Source: Candidatus Peregrinibacteria bacterium
Lineage (GTDB): Bacteria; Patescibacteriota; Gracilibacteria; Peribacterales; Peribacteraceae
Reading direction: 5' to 3'
Assembly: GCA_016186175.1 (NCBI GenBank)
Contig: JACPMB010000003.1
Span: forward strand, 8,508 to 72,507
DNA length: 64,000 nt
A model generated the notes under the pieces. That model was not told the origin of the DNA. It did not search any database and saw nothing but the letters and a program-made list of their open reading frames with translations. Positions 9,548 to 18,117 of this stretch are shown in pieces. A program made the position numbers and the translations under genes. Each line of letters starts with the position of its first letter. Within the stretch, counting starts at the first letter, position 1.

Positions 9548-10453
9548 ATGACTCCACGGGAAATCATCGCCGAGGCATGGGCCATCACCCGCCGCGAATC
9601 GTCCATGCGCCGCTGGGGATGCACTTCGGCGTTTTTCGAGCTTCTGTTGAGCATCAAACTAATCAGTTATCAGATTTATTTCCTTTACGAATACGTCTCC
9701 GGAAACGGCGGCGCGGGATTCTTCGACGTGGAAATCATAATGTACAACAGCATGCCTCACTGGTTTTTCTGGACCTTCGTCATTATTCTGCTCCTGCTCT
9801 TCGCGATCGAATTTTTCTTCCCGCACATGGCGCGGGGCGCGATAATAGGCCTGGGAGCGAAATCGCACATGGGCGAACCAGTGAAAGGCGGGACGGTGCT
9901 CGCGCTTTACAATTTCTTCGCGATCTTCGCGATTCACGAGATGTTCGTGCTTGGGAGTCTCTCTACAAGCATCACTCTCACGTCTGTCATAGTGCGATAT
10001 ATTGACGGCAATGCGAAGACGGCGGTGATCGCGCTGCTTTGGATCGTATGGGCATTCTCGAACCTGCTGCGTTTTTTCTTCAGTTTCTCGGAAGAAGCAG
10101 TCGTAATTGACAAGATCGGCATTTTTGAAGCTCTCGGCAAAAGCTTCAAGCTCATTATCAGCTATCTGGGGCACATAATGTTCCTGCTGCTGCTGCTTTT
10201 CGTAATCAGCCTCCGGATAATCCTGAACGCCGCCATCGTCATAATCATTCCGGGCTGCATTATCGGAATCGTGCTGTTTCTTGGCATGTTCCTGTCCACG
10301 CTGCTCACATGGATCATAGGCGGCGTCATCGGCATAGCCATGACCGTGGCGGCAAGCTACTTTTTCGCCTATCTTCACGTCTTCAAGCAGACTGTATGGA
10401 CGATCACATACCTGGAATTGCGGAAGCATAAGGATCTGGATGTGATTGGCTGA
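9548..10453 (+). CDS. Multi-pass membrane protein of unknown function
   Basis: 301-aa hydrophobic ORF following the LCP gene. Confidence 0.8.
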   Translation: MTPREIIAEAWAITRRESSMRRWGCTSAFFELLLSIKLISYQIYFLYEYVSGNGGAGFFDVEIIMYNSMPHWFFWTFVIILLLLFAIEFFFPHMARGAIIGLGAKSHMGEPVKGGTVLALYNFFAIFAIHEMFVLGSLSTSITLTSVIVRYIDGNAKTAVIALLWIVWAFSNLLRFFFSFSEEAVVIDKIGIFEALGKSFKLIISYLGHIMFLLLLLFVISLRIILNAAIVIIIPGCIIGIVLFLGMFLSTLLTWIIGGVIGIAMTVAASYFFAYLHVFKQTVWTITYLELRKHKDLDVIG

Positions 10454-10565
10454 TGACTTCTATGCGCCACCGTTTTTCTCTTGTACATCACGCGTTCCGC
10501 TGTAAACCACATTTTGCAATACACACAACTGGTAAAAGACCGGCTTATTGTAGAATGTGCAGCTG

Positions 10566-10766
10566 ATGAGCAGTTGTAGAAATTGTCCTAGCGCCCATGT
10601 GATTACAGTTGAAGGAACGACAATCACGGTCTGCGTGCGCGATGACAATCACCAATTAAATTCGGGCGCCAGAACACAATGCGCGGATGTATTGGGGATG
10701 AGCACGGCGGAATATCAACAATTGCTGGCTGACAGAGCAAATTACAAGTCTCCGCCTTCATCCTGA
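10566..10766 (+). CDS. Small hypothetical protein with CxxC
   Basis: TAGAAT -10-like box upstream; fills the gap before lexA. Confidence 0.45.
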   Translation: MSSCRNCPSAHVITVEGTTITVCVRDDNHQLNSGARTQCADVLGMSTAEYQQLLADRANYKSPPSS

Positions 10767-10835
10767 ATTAACATCATTCATTGCCGCAGACATATAATCA
10801 GAGCACATCGCCAAAAAAGCGATATGCGGAATTGC

Positions 10836-10872
10836 TTGACTCGTGTACACACGTACACCTATTCTGGTGTAC
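10836..10872 (+). promoter_or_regulatory. lexA promoter with putative LexA operator
   Basis: TTGACT-N18-TATTCT; palindrome TGTAC-N4-GTACA (10844-10857) in the spacer and GTACACC-N6-GGTGTAC around the -10. Confidence 0.7.
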
Positions 10873-10950
10873 GCCTGCCCACCGACGTGCTCTTCGCGAC
10901 GTTGTCACGAAGCGAAGATGAAGGCGCGGGCGTCTTTTTCCGCCTTTTCC

Positions 10951-11580
10951 ATGCCGATTACAACCGACACGCTGACGCCGCACCAGAGGACCGTTTTGAG
11001 TTACATACGCGAATTCCAGCATAAGCGCGGGTATTCGCCGTCTCTTTCGGATCTGGCGGTTGCATTCGGCGTTCGCAGCAAAAACGCCGTCGCCAAGGTG
11101 GTGACGGTGCTTTTTAGGGCAGGTCATCTGGAAAAGGATCCAAAGGGGCGCATCAAGATCATGGAACAGCCTCAGGCCAATGAAACCGCGCCGATGATGC
11201 TGCCCTTGTTCGGGCCGATTGCGGCGGGTTTCGCCGCTCCGGTGGAAGAACAGGCTGAGGAAACGATCACACTTGAAAACTATCTCGTACGCGACAAGTC
11301 CGCGACATTCCTTTTGCGCGTCAAGGGCGACAGCATGATCGCAGCCGGAATCCACGAAGGAGACTTGGTAATTGTGGAGCGCGGCAAGGAGCCGCGCACC
11401 GGCAACATCGTCGTGGCTGTCCTGGACGGAGAGTTCACGCTAAAGAGGCTGGTGAAGGAAAAGACCGGTCGGGTCGGCAAGTTCTTCCTGAAGGCGGAGA
11501 ATCCCAAATACCCGGAGATGTTTGCCCGCGAAGAACTCACTGTGGCGGGGGTTGTAAGAGGTGTGATCAGGAAATACTGA
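10951..11580 (+). CDS. lexA: LexA repressor
   Basis: N-terminal wHTH (GYSPSLSDLA), AG cleavage site (IAAG), LRVKGDSM and TLKRL catalytic Ser/Lys. Confidence 0.93.
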   Translation: MPITTDTLTPHQRTVLSYIREFQHKRGYSPSLSDLAVAFGVRSKNAVAKVVTVLFRAGHLEKDPKGRIKIMEQPQANETAPMMLPLFGPIAAGFAAPVEEQAEETITLENYLVRDKSATFLLRVKGDSMIAAGIHEGDLVIVERGKEPRTGNIVVAVLDGEFTLKRLVKEKTGRVGKFFLKAENPKYPEMFAREELTVAGVVRGVIRKY

Positions 11581-11581
11581 T

Positions 11582-11797
11582 GGAACCTCTGAATGTAAAC
11601 ATGCCATGCGGAATAAATTCCGCATTCATTCATCGCAACCGTTAACCGCCGATTTACCTGTGGTGAGCTCCGTCGAACCAAATCGGCGGTTAACGTATGG
11701 GATAACACGGCGAATTACCTGTGGTGAGCTCTGTCGAACCAATTCGCCAACATACGGTGCAATCAAAGGTGTTGGTTGAGCATTTTTCAGAGGTTCC
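11582..11797. mobile_element. MITE-like element filling the lexA-valS gap
   Basis: Terminal inverted repeats GGAACCTCTGAA...TTCAGAGGTTCC; the same ends occur at 50162/50209-50329; two internal hairpins carry a REP motif in their loops. Confidence 0.7.
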
Positions 11798-14503
11798 TTA
11801 GGCCAGAGACCTGATCCTTTCGCAAATCGTTTTCAGCTTTGCACTCGTTTCTTCCAGCTTCCTGCGCTCCGCTTCCACGACCTTGGGAGGAGCTTTGTCC
11901 GTGAAGGACCTGTCCCGGAGTTTGGCCTCGATGCCAGAAATATACCGCCGCAGTTCGTCGCCCTCTTTTGCGAGCTTCTTTAGTTCGGCATCCTTGTTGA
12001 TCAGCCCTGCAAGAGAGAGATGGACCTCGGCGCCCGCAAGAATCACGGCGACCGTGCTCTTGAGCTCCTGCGGATGCGCAGCAATCGTCAGAGACCCGAC
12101 CTTCGCCAGCCTGCGAATGTGCCCGGACTGGGAATCGAGCAGTTGAGCGTGTTCCTTGCTGAAGATGGTCACCGTGAGCTGTTTCCCCGGCGCAATTCTC
12201 TGCTCCGAGCGGAGTTTGCGGATTGCTGTGATCACGTTGATGAGCGTCAGAAGCTGATCGAACGACTGCTGATCTTGCAGCTCAGATGTGATTGTCGGCC
12301 ACTGCTCTCTGATAAGCATGCCGGCGTCCGCCGGCTTTAGTGATGCCCATAGTTCTTCCGTTACGAACGGACAGTATGGATGCAATAGCTTAATAATTGT
12401 ACGGAGCGCATGCACGAGCACATCAAGATTCACTGTGCCCTTGCTCAGTTCCAGATACCAATCGCAGAAATAATCCCAAACGAATGCATACAACCGCTCC
12501 CCTACTTCACTTAGACGGTACTGTTGCAGCCCGGAAGCGACGTCATGAATGAGAGCCTGCAATGCATGCAGCAGAGCGCGATCCGCCAGAGTAAGTTCGT
12601 TGACCGGCGGCAGAGACGCGATCTTAGAGGGATCTTTTTTTTCTTCTTCGCACTTCATAAGCACGAACCGCGACGCGTTCCACAGCTTATTGACGAAGTT
12701 GCGGTACCCCGCGATCTTCTCCTCGTAGAGACGGAAATCATTTCCGGGACTCTGGCCGACGATCATGGCAAGCCGAAGAGCGTCGGCGCCGTACTTCCCA
12801 ATGACATCAATGGGGTCAATGTTTGTTTCCGGATGCGTCTTGCTCATTTTCCTGCCTTCGCGATCCCGGATCAGGCCGTGGAGGTATACCACGTCGAATG
12901 GCGCCTGACCGTACTCGAGTTCCGGCATCGCCCCGGTGACGTACGTCGTCATGAGAATCATCCGCGCGACCCAAAAGAAAAGAATGTCGTACCCGGTTTC
13001 GAGTACGTCCGTCGGATGGAATTTCAAGAAGTCCGGGCTTTTTAAGAGAATATCCTCGAGCGTGAGATCAAAATCCCCAGCCAATGAACGATCAACGAGC
13101 GTGCTCCAAGTCCAGAGAGCGGAACTGAACCAGGTATCGAGAGTATCGGAATCCTGTTCCCATGCAGTGCCTTTTGGCGGCTGAACACCGACGTGAATGT
13201 CTGAGGCTCCTGCCGCATTCCTGTACCAGACAGGAATCCGATGCCCCCACCATATTTGTCGTGAAATGCACCAGTCTCGGAGATTGTCTATCCAGTGAAA
13301 GTACGTCTTTTCAAACCTGTTCGGAATGATCTTGATGAGACCGGTTTGCACGACCTCCTGCATGACTTCCTTCAGGCTGAGCTCCCGCCGTTTCCATTTT
13401 ACGACGCGCTTGTTCACGTCAATGAACCATTGCTCCTTGATCTGCGGCTCGATCATTCCTTTCCCCCGTTGGCTGAGAGCCACGTTGTGAAGGTAGTCTT
13501 CCTTGACGCCGACGAGGAGGCCTTTGGCCTTGAGCTTCTCAACGATTTTCGGGCGCGCGTCTTTCAGGGTCAAGCCGCTGAATTCCCCGGCTATGGGCAA
13601 TAGCTTGCCGTCGAAACCGATGATCTGTTCTTTATCGAGCTTGTGACGCTCGGCGATTTCAAAATCCGCGTGGTCGTGCCACGGCGTAATCGTCATGACT
13701 CCAGTTCCGAATTCCGGATCAACCGCCTTGTCCTTTATCACTGTTGTTTCCACTGGCCCGTTGATCCACTCGACGGTCATCTTCTCGCCATGCGTGTATT
13801 TGGCATATCGCATGTCATCCGGATGCATGACGACGTACTTGTCGCCGAATTTTGTCTCTGGACGGGAGGTGCTGATTTCAAATGGGCCGTATTTGAACGT
13901 GTAGAACGGTTCCTTCCGCTCTTCGTAAATTATTTCGTCGTCGCTCACTGTAGTCTGTAGAGCCGGATCCCAGTTGACGATCCGATTCCCGCGGTAAATA
14001 AGACCGTCGCGGTACATCTTCACGAACACTTCGACGACGATGCGATTGAGCGCGGGTTCCATCGTATAGTGCTCGCGGGACCAATCGCAGCTCGCCCCCA
14101 TTTTCCTGATCTGCCCGCGGATCGTCTTCTTGCTGTTCTCCACGAAGGCGTGGATTCCCTTCAACAGCTTCTCGCGCCCGAGCTCCTTGCGGGGGTCGCG
14201 CATCTTCTGCTCCTTCTGCAGTTTCCGGATGACGAAGCTTTCCGTCGCAATCGCCGCATGGTCCGTGCCGGGGACCCAGAGCGCTTCCTTCCCGCGCATC
14301 CGCTGGAACCGGATGAAGACATCCTCCAGCGCGATCATCATCGCGTTGCCCACATGCAATTGCCCCGTGGCATTCGGCGGCGGGAGGGAGATCGTGAACG
14401 GTTCTTTTGCGCTCTTCACATCCGCGACAAAGGCGCAGCTCTCCTCCCACATTCTGTAGATGCGGTCTTCGGCTGTCTTTGGATCATATGTTTTCGGGAG
14501 CAT
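11798..14503 (-). CDS. valS: Valine--tRNA ligase
   Basis: PPPNATGQLHVGNA (HIGH-like), DWCISRQIWWGH, KMSKT and C-terminal coiled coil. Confidence 0.97.
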   Translation of the reverse strand: MLPKTYDPKTAEDRIYRMWEESCAFVADVKSAKEPFTISLPPPNATGQLHVGNAMMIALEDVFIRFQRMRGKEALWVPGTDHAAIATESFVIRKLQKEQKMRDPRKELGREKLLKGIHAFVENSKKTIRGQIRKMGASCDWSREHYTMEPALNRIVVEVFVKMYRDGLIYRGNRIVNWDPALQTTVSDDEIIYEERKEPFYTFKYGPFEISTSRPETKFGDKYVVMHPDDMRYAKYTHGEKMTVEWINGPVETTVIKDKAVDPEFGTGVMTITPWHDHADFEIAERHKLDKEQIIGFDGKLLPIAGEFSGLTLKDARPKIVEKLKAKGLLVGVKEDYLHNVALSQRGKGMIEPQIKEQWFIDVNKRVVKWKRRELSLKEVMQEVVQTGLIKIIPNRFEKTYFHWIDNLRDWCISRQIWWGHRIPVWYRNAAGASDIHVGVQPPKGTAWEQDSDTLDTWFSSALWTWSTLVDRSLAGDFDLTLEDILLKSPDFLKFHPTDVLETGYDILFFWVARMILMTTYVTGAMPELEYGQAPFDVVYLHGLIRDREGRKMSKTHPETNIDPIDVIGKYGADALRLAMIVGQSPGNDFRLYEEKIAGYRNFVNKLWNASRFVLMKCEEEKKDPSKIASLPPVNELTLADRALLHALQALIHDVASGLQQYRLSEVGERLYAFVWDYFCDWYLELSKGTVNLDVLVHALRTIIKLLHPYCPFVTEELWASLKPADAGMLIREQWPTITSELQDQQSFDQLLTLINVITAIRKLRSEQRIAPGKQLTVTIFSKEHAQLLDSQSGHIRRLAKVGSLTIAAHPQELKSTVAVILAGAEVHLSLAGLINKDAELKKLAKEGDELRRYISGIEAKLRDRSFTDKAPPKVVEAERRKLEETSAKLKTICERIRSLA

Positions 14504-14528
14504 TGGACGGCAGTTTAGTGTTTTTTTG

Positions 14529-14571
14529 TCATTCCGAGTAGCCCCGCACCTTTCCGCAGAAGGGTGCGGGA
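14529..14571 (+). repeat. Dispersed repeat, near-identical to 27322-27364
   Basis: GTCATTCCGAGTAGCCCCGCACCTTTCCGCAGAAGGGTGCGGG versus GTCATCCCGAGTAGCCTCGCACCTTCCCGCAGAAGGGCGCAGA. Confidence 0.8.
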
Positions 14572-14610
14572 CATAAACGCTCAAATGTGATATACTGGCG
14601 GGAAATCTCC

Positions 14611-14880
14611 ATGCAGAGCTTGAACATCCTTCCGGGCGCGCCGGCCTCAATCCCGCCAGGCCCGGAGCTGTCGTCAATGACGCCCTCGGCCGTAATCGCG
14701 GAGAGAGCGCCTGTGGCGCGTGGCGCGGCCGGCCTCGGAGTGAGTAACATTCTCAGCTGCCTGTCGCCGCTGCTGCCGGTCGCCGGCATAGGATTCCTGA
14801 CATGGCTTGGCGCGGATATGATCCTTGGCGGGGCGCTCGGGAATCCGTTCACGCCGAAAGGCGCTAAGCGCGTGGCGTGA
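14611..14880 (+). CDS. Small hypothetical membrane protein
   Basis: TATACT upstream; Gly-rich hydrophobic C-terminal half. Confidence 0.5.
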   Translation: MQSLNILPGAPASIPPGPELSSMTPSAVIAERAPVARGAAGLGVSNILSCLSPLLPVAGIGFLTWLGADMILGGALGNPFTPKGAKRVA

Positions 14881-14915
14881 GCGCGATATTGTCCGCCTTG
14901 CTACAATGCCGCCCG

Positions 14916-15227
14916 ATGCCATCATTCGATTTCCAGTGCCGCGCGTGCCAGCACGTTTTTGAGTTCGCGCGCCCGTTCGGCAGCAGCGCGCAACCCGCGT
15001 GCCCCTCATGCAGCAGCAAGAGGGTGGAAAAATTGATCGCTCCGCCGGCGGTGCACTTTAAAGGAAGCGGATGGTACAAGACGGACAGTCGGCCTGTGAT
15101 TAAACCGGAGAAGAAAAAAGAAGAAAAGAAAACAGAAGCTCCTGCTTCAGAACCGAAGATCGAGAAAAAGGACATCAGTGCGCAAACAAAACATACACAC
15201 AAACCGGATGATACCGCGCACCACTAG
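14916..15227 (+). CDS. FmdB family zinc-ribbon protein
   Basis: MPSFDFQCRAC..FE...CPSC...FKGSGWYKTD signature. Confidence 0.92.
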   Translation: MPSFDFQCRACQHVFEFARPFGSSAQPACPSCSSKRVEKLIAPPAVHFKGSGWYKTDSRPVIKPEKKKEEKKTEAPASEPKIEKKDISAQTKHTHKPDDTAHH

Positions 15228-15233
15228 GAGTGA

Positions 15234-15272
15234 CCCGTCTTCGCTCGCCTTTGGCGAGCTACGCCGGGCAAG
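15234..15272 (-). repeat. REP-like palindrome (CCGGCGTAGC...GCGAAGACGG family)
   Basis: CCCGTCTTCGCTCGCCTTTGGCGAGCTACGCCGGGCAAG; related to 63064-63092. Confidence 0.6.
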
Positions 15273-15374
15273 AGGGTCTCTGCACGGCTTGCCCGCCGCA
15301 GCTCCGGCAGAAGCGGATTGGATGCCTTTTCTTTTTGGCAATTTTCTTTGGTGGGACAAAGAAATGGCGGTTGG

Positions 15375-17636
15375 TCATCGCCTTGACGGCCCCCTTCTCG
15401 GTCCCCCAAATCCTCCACTCGGCCGTCCCCCGAACCCTCCGGATCGCGGAGGAAGCGGCGTCCAGCCTGCGGGTGGCGCCGTCATCTGCTTGAGCGACAT
15501 GCGCGTCTTGCCCTCGATCGGATCGTACTCGATGCATTTGGCCTCGACCTCCTGACCGAGTTTTAGAATGTCTTCAACCCGTTCGGTGCGTCCCCATTGC
15601 AGTTCCGAAATATGTATCATCGCATCTTTGCCCGGTAGGAATTCGACGATTGCGCCGGTTCCGTCAATGATCCTGACCACTTTGCCCTTGTAGACTTTTC
15701 CGACTTCCGGTTTCTCGACGATTCCCATGATCCAGGATTTGGCTTTTTCCATCGCCTCGCCATTGACTGACGTTACGAACACCAATCCGCTGTCCTCTAT
15801 GTCAATTTCGACGCCGAGTTCCTTGGTGATCTTTTGTATTGTCTCCCCGCCTTTGCCGATTACGAGCCTGATGTCATCCGGATTAATTCGAATCGTCTCG
15901 ATTCGCGGCGCGAACGGACTCATTTCTTTCCGCGGCTCTGTTATCGCCTGCAGCATGACTTTGAGCACTTCCATGCGCCCGGATTTTGCGCGCGCAAGCG
16001 CTTCCTCGAAGACAGCGTCTGGCAGGCCCTTGATTTTGATGTCCATCTGAATCGCCGTGACGCCTTTTTCCGTGCCGGTGACTTTGAAGTCCATATCCCC
16101 GCCGAAATCCTCCTCGTCCTGCAGATCGGTGAGGATGACGTACTTCCCTGGCGAGCCTGACGAACCATCTTCATCGGAGATCAATCCCAGAGCGATCGCG
16201 GAGACTGGGGTCGTGATTGGAACGCCCGCTGCCATGAGGGCCAGGGTGCATCCGCAAGTGGCCGCCATGGAACTGGAGCCGTTGCTTGAGAGAATCTCCG
16301 TTACGGCGCGTATCGTGTACGGATAATTTTCCTGCGACGGCAGCACCGGTTCCATGCCCCTTTGCGCAAGATTGCCGTGGCCAACTTCGCGATTCCCGAC
16401 AAAGAGGCGGTTGCTGGTTTCGCCGACGGAAAACGGCGGAAAGTTATAATGATGCATGAATCGGATCTCGTGCTCTCCTTCCATTCCCTCAACGATCTGC
16501 CTGTCTCCCGGGCCTCCGAGCGTGACAGTGGTTAAACCCTGCGTTTCGCCGCGCTCGAAGAGCGCCGAACCGTGAACGCGGTTCGGGAGGATATCAACCA
16601 TGGCGCTGAGCGGCCTGATCTGATCTGTCTTTCTGCCGCTCATGCGCACGCCTTCCTCCAGAACAAGTCTGCGCATTTCTCCTTTCACGATTTTGTCAAC
16701 GAAAGCCGGCCCGTGGTCATGAAGCTTCTGAAATTCTTCCAGTTGCTCATCGGTGCAATCCTTCGGTGTCGGAAACTTCTCTTTGAGCTTAATGACGGAC
16801 TCCTCCATGAGCCGCGCGAAGATCCCCCGGCGGACGTTCTTTGGCATGTGCGTCTTGATCGCCTTCGTGATCTCCGGGAGCGCCCAGTTCTTAAGGAATT
16901 TATACGCCCCATCATGCGTGAATATCGGATCAACTGCGAATTTCTCTTTACCCATCTCCTTTTGTATGTCGGCGAAAAATCCGGCGATTTTTTGCGCCCA
17001 CTTCCTGCCGAATTGTATGGCGCGCAGAATTTCCGCTTCCGGCGCCTGGTTGGCGCCGGCTTCTATCATAACCACCCGCTCCAGCGACGCCGTGACGAAC
17101 ATATCAAGATCGCTTTTCAGGCGCGCCTCGCGTGACGGATTCAAAACAAGCTCGCCGCCTATTAGTCCCACGCGAACCATGCCGATTGGCCCGTCGCACG
17201 GGCAGTCGCTCAGGGCAACGGCAAGATTTGCGGCGTTGCCCGAAACGATGTCGTGTTCGTGCTCGAAGTCGTAACTCAGCACGGTGCAGAAGACCTGGAT
17301 GTCGCGGCGGATATTCTTGTCAATCATCGGCCGCAATCCCCGGTCAATGACTCGGCCGAGCAGGATATAGTCGTCGCCCGGGCGTCCTTCGCGCTTGCGG
17401 AACCGCGATCCCGCGATCTTGCCTCCGGCGTAATACTTTTCCTGATAGACAACTTGCAACGGCAAAAAATCAACGCCTTCGCGCGCTTTGGCGCTGACTG
17501 TGCAGTTGCCGAGCGCGATGGTGTCTCCCAGCCGGCAGATAACCGACGCGTTCGCCTGGTTCGCAATCGCGCCCAGCTTGACGATGAGTGTCTGATTCCC
17601 GAGTTCGAGCGAGTATTCCTTTTGCGGAGATAACAT
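15375..17636 (-). CDS. pnp: Polyribonucleotide nucleotidyltransferase (PNPase)
   Basis: Two RNase PH domains (HGSALFERGETQ, SNGSSSMA, GDMDFKVTGT), KH and S1 domains, Gly/Arg-rich tail. Confidence 0.97.
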   Translation of the reverse strand: MLSPQKEYSLELGNQTLIVKLGAIANQANASVICRLGDTIALGNCTVSAKAREGVDFLPLQVVYQEKYYAGGKIAGSRFRKREGRPGDDYILLGRVIDRGLRPMIDKNIRRDIQVFCTVLSYDFEHEHDIVSGNAANLAVALSDCPCDGPIGMVRVGLIGGELVLNPSREARLKSDLDMFVTASLERVVMIEAGANQAPEAEILRAIQFGRKWAQKIAGFFADIQKEMGKEKFAVDPIFTHDGAYKFLKNWALPEITKAIKTHMPKNVRRGIFARLMEESVIKLKEKFPTPKDCTDEQLEEFQKLHDHGPAFVDKIVKGEMRRLVLEEGVRMSGRKTDQIRPLSAMVDILPNRVHGSALFERGETQGLTTVTLGGPGDRQIVEGMEGEHEIRFMHHYNFPPFSVGETSNRLFVGNREVGHGNLAQRGMEPVLPSQENYPYTIRAVTEILSSNGSSSMAATCGCTLALMAAGVPITTPVSAIALGLISDEDGSSGSPGKYVILTDLQDEEDFGGDMDFKVTGTEKGVTAIQMDIKIKGLPDAVFEEALARAKSGRMEVLKVMLQAITEPRKEMSPFAPRIETIRINPDDIRLVIGKGGETIQKITKELGVEIDIEDSGLVFVTSVNGEAMEKAKSWIMGIVEKPEVGKVYKGKVVRIIDGTGAIVEFLPGKDAMIHISELQWGRTERVEDILKLGQEVEAKCIEYDPIEGKTRMSLKQMTAPPAGWTPLPPRSGGFGGRPSGGFGGPRRGPSRR

Positions 17637-17717
17637 AGATGAGGGGGGAAAGATATCATCCCGTGTGGAAAATCGCAGAACGATTTTCGCATCGGGAGGC
17701 TTCCCTCCAACGTGCGA

Positions 17718-17873
17718 CCTCATGTGTGTGGATTCACCTCCGACTTCTCGCAGAGATCGCCACAAGCTAGTCGTCCTGCGTCGCTCCCGTTCGATGGCCA
17801 GAGCCATATCAGGACCAATATCGGGGCAGATGCGACGATTCGAGGAGTCGGACGTAAACCCAAAACAATGAGG
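17718..17873 (-). promoter_or_regulatory. Long rod-like stem in the pnp 5' leader (RNase III site-like)
   Basis: Nested pairings CCTCAT/ATGAGG, TCCGACT/AGTCGGA, ATCGTCGCA/TGTGGCGAT and GTCCTG/CAGGAC on the minus strand; TATACT at 17918-17923. Confidence 0.6.
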
Positions 17874-18004
17874 AGATGAACGACGAAGGAAAGATCGTGC
17901 CCTTAAGGGCCGCGAAGAGTATAGCGACTTTGCCGCGAAAAAAAAGCCCTGCTCTCAGCTACATCTGCCCGTGCTGGATTCGCCCGGCCATGCCATTCGC
18001 GCCT

Positions 18005-18089
18005 GGCGACGACCCCGCCGAAGAGTTACGTATACATTGCTGATCAACGTAATTTCGGAAGACAGAAATTCTTCGGCGGGGTCGTCGCC
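18005..18089. repeat. 20-bp perfect inverted repeat with 45-bp spacer
   Basis: GGCGACGACCCCGCCGAAGA (18005-18024) and its reverse complement (18070-18089). Confidence 0.85.
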
Positions 18090-18117
18090 GATGATGACGC
18101 GGGTTACGAGGCGCATA

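Noticed and set aside
11654-11742. 28-bp direct repeats with a 33-bp spacer, CRISPR-like in size
   Set aside because: Only two units, no cas genes, and the apparent spacer is largely the stems flanking each repeat; better explained as REPs in a MITE.
14504-14677. Possible T-box or N-terminal extension of valS
   Set aside because: No T-box motif; the region holds a dispersed repeat and the divergent gene start.
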